From Epiperipatus broadwayi (taxonomy: Eukaryota; Animalia; Onychophora): a stretch of 64,000 nucleotides of DNA. Positions 53,012-64,000 of the stretch are shown one piece after another. The stretch lies in assembly GCA_028023455.1 (NCBI GenBank), contig JAQFVV010000006.1, forward strand, positions 6,572,001 through 6,636,000, in the 5' to 3' direction. Position 1 is the stretch's first letter. Each line of letters starts with the position of its first letter. A program made the position numbers and the translations under genes. Under the pieces are notes generated by a model. It saw only the letters and a program-made list of their open reading frames with translations, ran no database searches and was not told where the DNA came from.

Positions 53012-54085
53012 CACCTGGGTCTCGTTTTACATGATAGGTTCCTTAGAAAATACACGCAAAAGAAATCGCTCAAAAATAGATGTAACTTACCTTGAAAAAG
53101 GGGGGATATGGACTATGATTTTTCAAAAATCGCATAAAAGCAAAGCACCAATGTAAAATTAGTTTAAAATTCACATAAAAAAAAAATAAGGAAATAAAAT
53201 ATGACTAATAAAAAATTTCAAATTTGAAAAAAATTGATACAAGACAAACTTTTTTAAACTATAATATTTAATTTTATTCAAAACAATATATTTTTATGCA
53301 TAATTTACAGTAATTTACATTTTTTATACACATTTTAATTATTATCGCTATTTGCCAATAAACAGGTTCGTTTGCAAACTGGTAAAAAATCAGATTCTTC
53401 ACAATAGGAAATACAACTAGTGCCAATTTCACTCTCATGTTGTGTTAATGGTTTTCTGGTGACAACGTAATTAGTAATTAATCTAACAATTAAAAATTAA
53501 ATTCTTATTTTTGTCTTTAATTTTTTAATTTTCAATTCCGTTTAAAAATCAAATTTAGTTTCACATCACATTAATTTCAGGTCACATTAAGTAATTTTTA
53601 AATTGTTAATTACAATTAAAAATCAAATTTTAATTTTTAATTGTCAAATTTAATTGTGCCCATTGCTATTACTTACCTTTTAAAAATAAACTTGCGGACA
53701 CTAAATGATTAATAATTGATTATGTTCTTTTTTAAAAAGCAGAAACAGAATGTGATTTAAAATGCAAAATTAACATGCACAATGTTTGAACAAATTTATA
53801 TTATAATCTTGTAAAATTTAATATGGGTATACATAAAATGTGGAAATCATGATTTTAATTTCATTATTGCATAAAATCTTATTATTATAAAGCACTGAAA
53901 ATATTGAAATTACTAAGATGAAAGTCGAATTCCAATAATGTGCTATTACTTTCAATATGACATAAGTGCGCAAAATTTATTATTTAAACTAATAGCACAT
54001 TATCGGAGTTCGACTTCCAAAGAAACATGAATTGTGTAACTTCAAAATTGCGTTAAATAAATCCGCCTAAAACGAGCCCCGGCTG
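53012..54085. mobile_element. Tc1/mariner/pogo-type DNA transposon remnant
   Basis: TA-CACCTGGGTCTCGTTTTA on the left and TAAAACGAGCCCCGGCTG-TA on the right: 15/18 inverted match with TA duplication. Splits a family X copy (52860-53011 and 54088-54190). Confidence 0.65.
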
Positions 54086-54549
54086 TATTAGGGATCATGT
54101 GTTTTTTTGTATGTAAGTGGTCATGTCTATTGGTTGCTTGAGATGGAGTGGAGAATGAACAGATTGAAAAATCTTGAGTTCAAATCCCTCTATTTTTATA
54201 CATAAAACACTCAGTGTTAGCAAGTTACATACTGCCTTAGAATTACATAATGGGTAGAGGCTAATTGAAGTAGATATAGAGCATTATTTGTGATTTTGCT
54301 GAAAATAGATTTATCTATCTATTTTTAATGAAAATTATGCATTCCTGATTCTAAATTTAGTCTATAATTCATTTGGCATAAATTTACCTGATACCAAGAG
54401 AAGCATTGAAATATGGGTGAGATATTACCACCATATTATGTAACATTCAAATTTATTTATTAAGTGCATGATGGCATTGACTTATAAAATCAGTAAGGCA
54501 CATATGTTAAAAAGGTGAGATGCTTTCTCTTTAATTTAATACCAACATA

Positions 54550-54880
54550 TTAATGGATAAGCAAATACTTTGCCACTCAGGAGACCATAAGACATTGAGC
54601 ATCGGAAGTGCCAAATCTGTGACCCTGAAACCAATATTCTTTAATTTCACCATTTGTCTTTTACATAAATCCATGCAGGACAAAAATAATACAATGGTTT
54701 ATTGTTGGAAGACTATATGAAGTTGAAGCACTGGTAGTGATTATGTTTGTCCATGAGCAATAGATCCTGAGCTCTAAATTCCAACACCCTATTACTGCAT
54801 TAAACTAAGGGGGCTGGGAAATACTGATAAGAAATCAAAATTATTGGAATATTACAGATTCTAAACAATGCCGGATTTGA
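54550..54880 (+). mobile_element. Possible decayed L1-type C-terminal fragment
   Basis: HRKCQICDPETNIL*FHHLSF and YWNITDSKQCRI resemble the CCHC and IW..R motifs. Confidence 0.3.
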
Positions 54881-55068
54881 AATCTACCATTTTAATCATG
54901 TTATAAGGATACATTATATCAAAATTTCTCAAGACTTACTGACAGCAGATACTTACAAATCACAAAACAAGTTTAACAATATAAATGAACATAAAGGATT
55001 ATGGGTATAATAGTAGACCACCATGCTCATGACCTGGGGATTTAAATCAGGACTGAAATTTTTTTCAG

Positions 55069-55200
55069 ATTCCAAATCACTTAAGATTTATTTGCTTCAA
55101 TACCCAGACCACGTTCATTTAAATAACTATCTCAAATTAGTCATTAAATGGATATCCATATTCACAGATAGGGTCAATCATCCAACATTTGATAAATCTG
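55069..55200 (+). CDS. Candidate 132-nt internal exon of an unidentified gene
   Basis: tttttttcag acceptor, open phase-1/1 frame (D)SKSLKIYLLQYPDHVHLNNYLKLVIKWISIFTDRVNHPTFDKS, donor G|GTGAGT. No recognisable homology. Confidence 0.25.
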
Positions 55201-56514
55201 GTGAGTGAACTTTTTATTCATTCTCTGTTGATAATTGTTGGAGAAACATTTGGCATGCAATGAGATATTGTAATATTAATAGTAACAATGTCACATGTTC
55301 GCAACAACATCACATGATTTCTCATATGCTTATTTATATGCTTCTAAGAGCAATTATCTTCACTCTATTCCAGAGCCATCTATTATAAGTTTGATTAAAC
55401 AGTGGATGCCAGGTGTTGTAGAACTAAAATATTCACCTCTGACAATTAGGTGCTTGATCTGTATAGTTATGTGATGGAGTTAGCCTGAGTTTGAAACTTT
55501 AGGGTTTTATTAAATTTCAGGTTATTAGCCAGAACAGTATAAAGGAGTTATGATTGCTAGAGGCATAAGTGCATTAGCTCCAGCTTTGAACTCATCTTCA
55601 CTGATGAAAACAAGACCCAGAAACTGATCAGTCAGAGGTGGGAATTTTATAGCCTTTTATCATCTGGTGTTCATTGCTTACTGAAACCTAACAACAAATG
55701 ACTTCAGAATAGAGGAAGACAAGTGATCTTGGCTATTTAAAAAATTTATACTCATTTATTTATACTTTGTGGATATTGGTCAGTTATCGTACAGAACTGT
55801 TTACAGATTTTTTCATAAAATCTGAATAAAGAAGTTTTTATTACTAATAATTTGTAAACTTAACTTTTTTAGCAGGATCTATTAAAGTAGTTTAATAGAT
55901 TCGCTTCTTTTGTTTAATTACAGCCATTTTATTTGAAGTTAATCTTCATACACAGACATAAAATTGTCTTTCCAGTAACAGAAGCTGTTGAAGACATTTT
56001 TAATTGTGACCTTAGTCAAGTCATCCTGAGTCTCTGTAATTTTCTGGCAGCTGGAAATATGAAAAATATGTAAACATTCCTCAGTGGGAGCAGGGGAATA
56101 TTTATCATGATGTTTCACAAAAAAGATTATTCTTTTGTCCACAAAAATATGAACTTACATGTAAGACAACAAGATCTTTCAAGATAGAGGCAGTATATCC
56201 ATCTGCCAGACCTATAATCCAGTTTGAATCCAAGTCACTTTTCAGGTTCTAATCAGGCTTACAGTTTATTATAGATAATTTGATATGTAGCCAGTTCAAC
56301 TATCCATTCAACTTTGGTTAGTAAATGGATATCTAGATATTCCTAGGTAGAGGAATACAAGAATTAAAAAATGCATTAAAATTGCTCAGTAACCAGAGGT
56401 TGCTAAGACTAGTGAATAATGCTTTTAATTTCATCATTCCTCTAAACAGCACTACTAGAAAAGCATTTGACTCCACAGTAACTTTTACTCTAACCATCTA
56501 CTTACTGAAATAAT

Positions 56515-57045
56515 AAATATAATATAATGAACATGCTAATAGCTCTAAACAAGCTTTTCTGATAAATGCCACAAAAAAAAAGCATTTAAAATCTATATCT
56601 AGAATTATCCTTATCCCCAAACCGATTTCGAGCTACTGGCTCTCATCAGTGAGTCACTAGGACATTCAGACACTGGATCTAAAATATAAACTCAAGCCCA
56701 GTCTTTATTGAATACTTAACTACTAAGTAGAAAAATTTGAAAATTTCAGACATCCATGTCTTCAAATCCAGCTATCTATTTAAATAGCTATATGGGTCTG
56801 AACAAACTTCAACTACACCGTATATTAATAGCTTTAGTAATATAACATCATCACAGTCTCAAAAGCCAAGCTATAATAGTAAGGAAATCAAGTCATATAT
56901 CACCTGATTTAATTTAAAAGTTTATATTTACAAATGTAATATAACAAGCATGTTAATAACTCTAAACAAGCTTTTTTGATAAATGCCTCAAGAGAAAGTA
57001 TTTAAAACCTCTATCTAGAAATATCCCTATCTCCAAACGGGTTTT
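56515..57045 (-). mobile_element. Family C unit (417 bp) with about 95-110 bp terminal redundancy
   Basis: catgctaatagctctaaacaagcttttctgataaatgcc at 56532 repeats at 56949. Confidence 0.8.
56615..56653 (-). ncRNA. Hammerhead ribozyme, family C, canonical core
   Basis: CUCA-CUGAUGA-GAGC-CAGUA-GCUC-GAAA-UCGG-UU-UGGGG. G10.1-C11.1 pair present; self-complementary AUCGGU stem III. Confidence 0.8.
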
Positions 57046-57759
57046 AAAATAAATTCATCATTAAATATGTACTTCCAATGTTAGGCATTATAGATAATTT
57101 GTGTTAATGATCAGGTAATTGATATTAAATTATATTTAATGCTAAACAAACAGTAGTATTTGGCCATATCCTCATCAGCTTCTCCACATTACTCCATTGC
57201 CTCTGAGCAGAAAATAAAACGCATATATCTATATTTAGTATCATATATATATATAATTTTAATTTTATCACATTTGACCACATGACTAAAAACATCAGCC
57301 CTCTAAAGTGCTGATTTAGCATGTGATGCATTTTAGTGATCATATGACTTTTTCAGATTTTTTTTTTAAGTCATGAGATTAAAGTAAATCAAAATTAATT
57401 ATTTCATGTGGTTGTAGTTAATAATAACAGGTAAATTAATTTTTAATTAAAATTTAAAATGTATATTTGGGCTTAAAATGATATGATAATCATTAATCTA
57501 AAAAATGATCCGTAATAATCATTAAATCATTCGTCTGAAAAAGATGATGACATATTTGTGAGTGCAATAAGTTTGGTGCCTTTAGAAAAATTGTAATAAT
57601 TTAGTGTAAATGATTCTACTGTATCTTCCTATGTTAGAAGAGAAATATAAACCTGTGTAGTCAAATATTAGATGGCTAAAGCAAGAATATTTCTCTTTCT
57701 GCATAAGTGTATATCTAGTTAGGATCTCTGAGGGCCAGCTTCCAGAAATACTAGGGTTG

Positions 57760-58150
57760 ATTAGAAATCCTCAGCTATTTGAAAGGTTTCCAAATATCTG
57801 CCAGGATGTAAACTCACATGATCATGGCAAGCGAATGTACTAACCACTGCCTGATGAGATTCTTGTTATTTTTCTCAGCTGTCTGATTGTTTCTCAAATT
57901 CTGCTAGGATTCAAATCTAGATTGTGAACATGGCAAATGGATTGACTAACCCCTGCAATATGAGGTTCTTATCATTTTCTGCAGCTATCTGAAATGTTTC
58001 CAAATTCTGCTAAGATTCAAATCTAGATTGTGATTATAGTAAGTAGATCTACTAACGATTGCAAAATGAAATACTACTAATTTTACTTAGCTATTTAAAA
58101 GTTTTACGAAGATTAAACTCAGATTGTGAGCATTGTGAATGGATCTACAA
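57760..58150 (+). repeat. Minisatellite, about 105-bp unit, about 4 copies
   Basis: cagct(a/g)t(t/c)tga..gtttc(c/t)caaattctgc.aggat recurs at about 57772, 57876, 57982 and 58088. Confidence 0.75.
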
Positions 58151-58530
58151 GACAAGATCCTTCTAAATCATTTGTAACTTTAAGAAAGGTTAATCATTTT
58201 CTTACTGAAATCTCTCTACAAATTTCTTTATTCCTTTTCACCAATTTCTTTAAAGCCATTCCTTCCAGATAATTTCCAATTTAATATTTGTTTAGATTAT
58301 CTCATCTATGAGAGACATTCTCTGCACAAATGCACAAATACATAATATTCCAACTGCTTTGTTCCACTTAATTCAAACATCATTATTGCCCAAAAATGTT
58401 GCAATAATTAGAATTTATTTAAAAAAAGGATAAATGGAATAAAAATATAACTTTGAATACAACTAATACTGAAAGAAAATATGCCTATGTGTTTGAAAAG
58501 AAAGATTTTTAGTAAATGTGTTTTACTAGT

Positions 58531-58975
58531 AATTGCTAAGGCAATCAAGTCATATATCATGTGATTTAATTTAATAAGCTTGTACTGCAAATGTTACATA
58601 ATGAGCATGCTAATAGCTCTTAACCAACATTTCTGACTATCCCTATCTTCAAGCCAGTTTCTAGCTTTGGCTATTATCAGTGATATTCTTGAACATTCAG
58701 GTATTAGATTTAAAAATACCAGGCCAAACCCCAGTATTTATCAAATAGTTACCAATTACATAGAAAATCTGAAATTTTCAGACATTCATATGTCTTCAAA
58801 TCCAACTATCTAACTTAAATAGCCATATGGGACTGAACTAACTTCAGATACACCATATATTAATAGCTTTAGCAATGTGACATCACCAAAGCCTCAAGAG
58901 CAAAACAATAATTGCAAGGAAATCAAGTCATATATCACATGACCTAATTTTATAAACGTGTACTGCAAATACTTA
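58531..58975 (-). mobile_element. Family C copy in a different circular permutation (about 379 bp, internal deletion)
   Basis: aattgc(t)aagg(c/a)aatcaagtcatatatca at 58531 repeats at 58910. Confidence 0.75.
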
Positions 58976-59372
58976 CCATTTCTTACTTATGGATCTGAGA
59001 CTTGGACACTTAATAGAAGAGCAATACAAAGACTTCAGACTACACAAAAAGTATGGAGAGATTCATATTAGGAATAATAAGAAGAGATCAAAAGCACAAT
59101 ATATGGGTAAGAGAACAAACAGGTGTTACTGACATCGTTGAAAGAATTAAAAGACTGAAGTGGGATTGGGCTGGACATATTTCTAGAAGGGATGATAATA
59201 GATGGACAATTTAAATCTTCCAAGAGATTGTAAAATACCCAGAAAGAGACCACGTGTGAGATGGATGGATGAAACAAAAAAGTGTGCAGGGGTGATGTGG
59301 AGAAGAGAGGTTAGAGATCGGAGAAGATGGATTGAACTTGGAGAGACCTTCATCCTGTAGTGAATTGATAAA
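58976..59372 (+). mobile_element. RTE LINE 3' fragment
   Basis: VLTYGSETWTL...WVREQTGVTDIVERIKRLKWDWAGHISRR; ends ccttcatcctgtagtg. Confidence 0.85.
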
Positions 59373-61419
59373 TATTTTCCTCAGCCATTTAAATGAAATG
59401 ATAGTATATTAACAACCCAAAATTGGCTGCATCCCAAAAGCTTACCGCTACTTAACATTTTAAATGAAAAACTAGTAAATTTTTTAAGAAAAATTTCCGT
59501 AATCAACACCGTTATTTCTTCGTGAAGATGTTCAGAAAGAGACAACAATCAGTCAGTTACATGACGTTAATTCTATTTTTTAAAATTTAATTCGAATCAC
59601 AGAGGGGAAAAGAAAATCAAACGACATTATTTAAACTAATGAAATGCATAAATTTATATACAAAATAGAGACTTTGCTTGCTTCTTCTTTCAAAACATTC
59701 CTTACGTTTTTTTCTTTTTCTAGTCATAAATATTTATAAAATTGTAAAAATAAAGACAACATATTTTCTTTTAAAAATATATAAACAAAACTATATCTAC
59801 TTAGCTGTCCTCATATACAATTACAAAGAAAAAAGAAAATGATAATTAAAATAATGAAAATGATATGTGTATAAACCTAAAAAACTTAAATAATATTATT
59901 TAAACCCCATCTCAATACTTGTCTTTACAACTGACGTCACTATATACCAGCATATAGTTAAACGTTCAAAATTAAAAATACATATATCGATCTTTGCACC
60001 TGTATGTATTTTAAATCATATTTGAATAACTAAATGTAATTTTGTAATCAAAATGTATATATAAAAATTAGGGTCGTGGTTGGCAAAATGTTCAGTAGCT
60101 AATCCTTTTTCCCCACCATCGTTATGCCACCTAGTGTTATCTATACACAACTTAGTAATGCTTAATAAATCCTTAAACAACATTGTCCTAATCAATATCA
60201 CCAAACGACTTTCTAGCTCATAGCTAAATATTTTTTCTAATCAATTAGAGTTATTCTCATTATATAATCAGCATATTTCAGTACAGATTATTTTATTTTT
60301 ACATTAACGTTATAATTTGGGGTTGAATGTCTGTCTGCAAAAAAGAATGTATCATTAACTAAAAGGAAATCATTTGATTTCTCTCCGAGGCCTTAAAGAA
60401 ACTGACCGCGGCAAAATCTGGATGTCCGTTCCATATGTTTTTGTCAATGCAGCTGTTATTGACACATGATTGTTACCATAATAAATGAACATGGGTTGGC
60501 TAACTCGCCAAAATGTACATTCCAGCAAGGAAAGATTGCTGGCTTTCATTGAGTTTAGTACTAACTATGGGCTTCCACCTCTGATATCTGACAATTCTTA
60601 AATAAGACATTAATTAGGTTTTTTTTAAAGGCAAGATGTGTCTGTGTGTATGTGAATGCTCATACACCTATTATAATCTTAATTACGATAGCAAAATATA
60701 TTACAGTCTATGAAGTATTACCAAAGCGGCGACTGATAACAACAGAGGATGTCCGGAAGCATTCAGTTATAAACCTAGATTATCCTTTATTGAGTGACTT
60801 GGTATTTTATATATATAAAGTGTATATGAGTCAATAAATTATGTCTCATGTTTTAGAGGTTGTGAAGTTGTCAGTTAAGGCTGTAGTTGGAAACTGACAA
60901 GGAATATTCAGAATTTTTAAGTTATAGTTCACAGATATATACAATTATCAGACAATAAATTAAGTCATATATTTCAAATGTAGTATAGCATTATTCAATA
61001 CCGCAGTTGTGGAACAGCAGAGAGTGCTCAGAATTATTGAAATGCAAACCTAGGTCATTCACTTCTGAGGATTTTATCTGTTATAAAACAGCGTTATGAG
61101 ACAGTAAATTAAATCGTACACTTCAGAAGCTGTATAGATATTTAGTCGAGGCAGCGACTGTCGACCAGCAAAAGGTTACAGAGAATCATTAAGTTACAAA
61201 CTAAGTTATTGTTTGTAATGATTTTGTCTTTTATATATAATGTATATACCATTACAGACAGTAAACGGTCTAAGTTATGAAGTTGTAAGTCAATTGGAGT
61301 CCGAGAAAACGCCCAAAATCTGAGTTACAATTACCATTCGATGATGATATATTTTACATATATTGAGTTGTTATAGATGAAATACACATGCTTATATATA
61401 CCTGTGTCTATATATGTAA

Positions 61420-61660
61420 TAGACAGGGTATGAATGCATTGAAGCCTGTCCATTAAAGTAGGATGATTTGTCATCTTAATATATATCTGAGCACTTGTAG
61501 TATGTATGTGTAGAGATGGTAATCTGGACCAACTGATGATTGCTGGTTTAGCATGAAATATGTATATTGGTGGTTATTTATCTTTTCGACAGATGTATCA
61601 GTGTTATGAGATAGTGTGAAGAGTGGTAGGTCATGTGAAAGTCTGTGCGCATACCCTGTC
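61420..61660 (+). mobile_element. Family X element with intact HHR core
   Basis: 61528-61571 ACCAA-CUGAUGA-UUGC-UGGUUUA-GCAU-GAAA-UAUGUA-UA-UUGGU. Confidence 0.75.
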
Positions 61661-61689
61661 TATTACATATATTGGGTTGTAACACAGAT

Positions 61690-61770
61690 ATATTGCGATG
61701 CGCGGCGCGCGTGAGAAGAAAAAGCATTAAAATGATACATTTAAAGAGGAGATTGCGTTAAATTAAGTCC
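61690..61770. promoter_or_regulatory. Dense CpG cluster, promoter-like
   Basis: gcgatgcgcggcgcgcgtg at 61695-61713 contains six CpGs in 19 nt. Confidence 0.35.
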
Positions 61771-62669
61771 TTTCTTTATTTTTTATTCAAAATATTTTTT
61801 CATACTTTGAAATCAAAATGACTGAAAAGCTTTCAGATTTATTAACAAAGAATTTATTGTTTGATTTTAGTTTCTCTTCTACAAATGAATGTAACAGTGT
61901 CTTGTAAAACAGAATAATATATTTAAAAAACGATAAAATCTTATGACTTGATTATAAAACAGAATTGCTTTTGGCAATTTTTTAAAAAAAATATATTTTA
62001 TACATAGTTAATAAATTTTAAAACATTCATATATTTAAAATAGTCTAATACGACCGTTCAATCTCTAAACATCATGCTATATGAAGAACATCACATTTTG
62101 CGATTAGTGTATCCATTTGACATGTCCATAACCTAGAACTCAAATCCAGACAAAGCTTGTTAAGCTTAAATGTTTATTCAAGTTAAGGCCAGATTTAGAA
62201 TTTTTCTTTCAAATAGACTTCCAAAGCTAACCCACCTAAGTATCCCAATACTGGGTAGTTAATGAATATCCAGTTATTCTTCTCAATAGGATTAAACAAA
62301 AAAGAAAAATTATTCAAACTCTTATCAACACACAATTAGCAATCCTGATGAATTTCTCAATAGAGAGCTCTTACTGCACCCTTTGCTTTATAATAGGTTA
62401 TTTATCTTTCTGCCTTTTTTTTAACATATTGTAAAGACAGGGTCACCAATTTGCTCTCTACTGCATTTAAAGTTTTCAGATGGGCCGTGAATATTTTCCA
62501 GATGTTAAAATAAAAATCATAAATTACTATAGATGTGCAACAAGTGTTTACATTTTTTTGTAGAGTAGCTTAGGCCTCTTATGAAATATGCTACGTTGGT
62601 ACAAACCTATAAAGTTCCAATTTCATTATTGCCATTCAAATATGGTTTGCAATTATGCTTTTAGTCAGC

Positions 62670-63000
62670 AATACAAGAAAACAACCAATGGGTTCTGTGA
62701 CTTTGTATGCATGACTTGTAACAATAATAAAAAAATTTATAATAACCATGTGGTCTACATCTTTACCTATGATATTCCATGAGACTCTATATGTATGATA
62801 ATAGTCAAACAATTTGTAACAACCATGTTGTTTACAGCTTTAGCTAGGATGGTCCATGAGGTTCTGTATATATGACAATAGTCAAACAATTTGTATCAAC
62901 TATGTGGTCTACATAATTATCTATGATGCTTTGTATGTATGATAATAGTCAAACACTTATAACCATGTGGTATACATCTTTACCTACGGTAATCCATGAG
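62670..63000 (+). repeat. Minisatellite, about 77-bp unit
   Basis: aac(c/t)atgt(g/t)g...atga(t/c)aatagtcaaaca recurs at about 62744, 62821, 62898 and 62961. Confidence 0.8.
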
Positions 63001-63449
63001 TATTTGAGATTAATTATAAGAGTGTGATTTTAAGCCCATTTGTAAAAAATTATAAATTTTTTAACCAATTTTAACCCATTTCTCCAAAAAAAGAAATACT
63101 TTTATGGCTAGTTACTGTAATTCTTGAATATGGGTTTTATTGAATCTTTAACAAATAAACAGCTTCTGAAGTGTTTATTGTGCCATAAAATGTTATTAAA
63201 TAAAGTACTAAGTTAAGTTATTCAGACATCAGTGGATAGTAGGGAAATTATACTGTTAACAAGAGTACAAATAAAAGTGGTAGGTAAAAAGATTGATAAC
63301 TCTGCTATGAAGATAAATCTCCAAGTTTATTAGCTACTTTTCTTTTTTTCAGTAATGGAAAAGAAGAAATGACATCTCTCTAATATGTGTCTTTTGTGGG
63401 GAGTACATTAACATTTCTGGATCAACTTGGATTATCCAAAGACATATAT

Positions 63450-64000
63450 CTTCTCCTTTACCTTTTTTGAGTTTCTCTTCATATATATTAAATGTTTTTT
63501 ATCAACTCCTCTTACAAACTTTAATGCAATCTTTTTTTATAATTCCTTCTTTATTTTGCTTACAGTTTCGACTGTTCTTCATCAAATATTTCTATGTAGA
63601 GAGAGAAGTGAAAGTTATAGAAAGCTCTGATGAAGTCTGTAGAGAGGGAAGTGAAAGTTAAAACTCTGATGAAGACTGCAGGACTGTCAAAACTGTAAGC
63701 AAAATAAAGAAGGAATTACAAAAAAAGATTGCATTAAAGTGTATAGGAGATGATACTTTTTTTTAATACATATGAATATATGAAGAGAAATGAAAAAAAA
63801 AAGTAGATATACAATTAATAAAAAAGCTAGGAAAAAGAAAAGACATGATGGATTAAAAAAATTAAAGGATTTACAGTTGCAGAGAGAGAAGTGAAAGTTA
63901 TAGAAAGCTCTAATGAAGATTGCAGGAGAGTCAAAAGTATAAGCATAATAAAGAAGGAATTATAAAAAAGATTGCATTAAAGTGTATAAGAGGAGATGAT
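63450..64000. mobile_element. Family A foldback plus tandem array (about 244-bp period), truncated by the window end
   Basis: Minus half-HHR at about 63555-63583; plus cores at about 63627 (partial), 63666 and 63910; gaagtgaaagttatagaaagctct is repeated. Confidence 0.75.

Noticed and set aside
56050-56215. Minus-strand 105-nt intron-like segment (GTAAGT...tttccag)
   Set aside because: Joining the flanking frames gives early stops unless a weaker AG is used, and the donor is part of a palindrome (cttacatgtaag).
57760-63000. Tandem repeats as CRISPR-like arrays
   Set aside because: The sequence is eukaryotic, the units lack unique spacers, and there are no cas genes.

Overview
AT-rich (roughly 70% AT by eye), CpG-depleted eukaryotic DNA, probably an invertebrate/arthropod intron or intergenic region (inference from composition and TE types). 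I could not confidently identify any host protein-coding exon; every ORF I can name is a broken retroelement piece. These are a decayed L1/Tx1-type ORF2 (14130-18670, minus), several RTE fragments, a Penelope-like (PLE) RT/GIY-YIG fragment (33870-35365), CCHC-type LINE 3' ends and a TA-flanked pogo/Tc1-like element. The main unexplained signal is RNA-level: by manual count about 35-40 hammerhead-ribozyme (HHR) cores or half-cores (CUGANGA-stem II-GAAA-palindromic stem III-NUH). They fall into at least five short non-coding repeat families, labelled here A, B, C/D, X and S. Families B and C occur as slightly-longer-than-unit copies (about 457 and 417 bp), and family C copies start at different points of one circular consensus, as expected for retrozyme-like circular RNAs copied by a PLE reverse transcriptase. 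Family S is a tRNA-Lys-headed SINE fused to an HHR, and its tail flanks the PLE fragment as an inverted pair. Many copies form foldbacks. HHRs in PLEs and retrozymes are known in general; the specific families, their density and the SINE-PLE link are what merit follow-up. All alignments and folds were done by eye.
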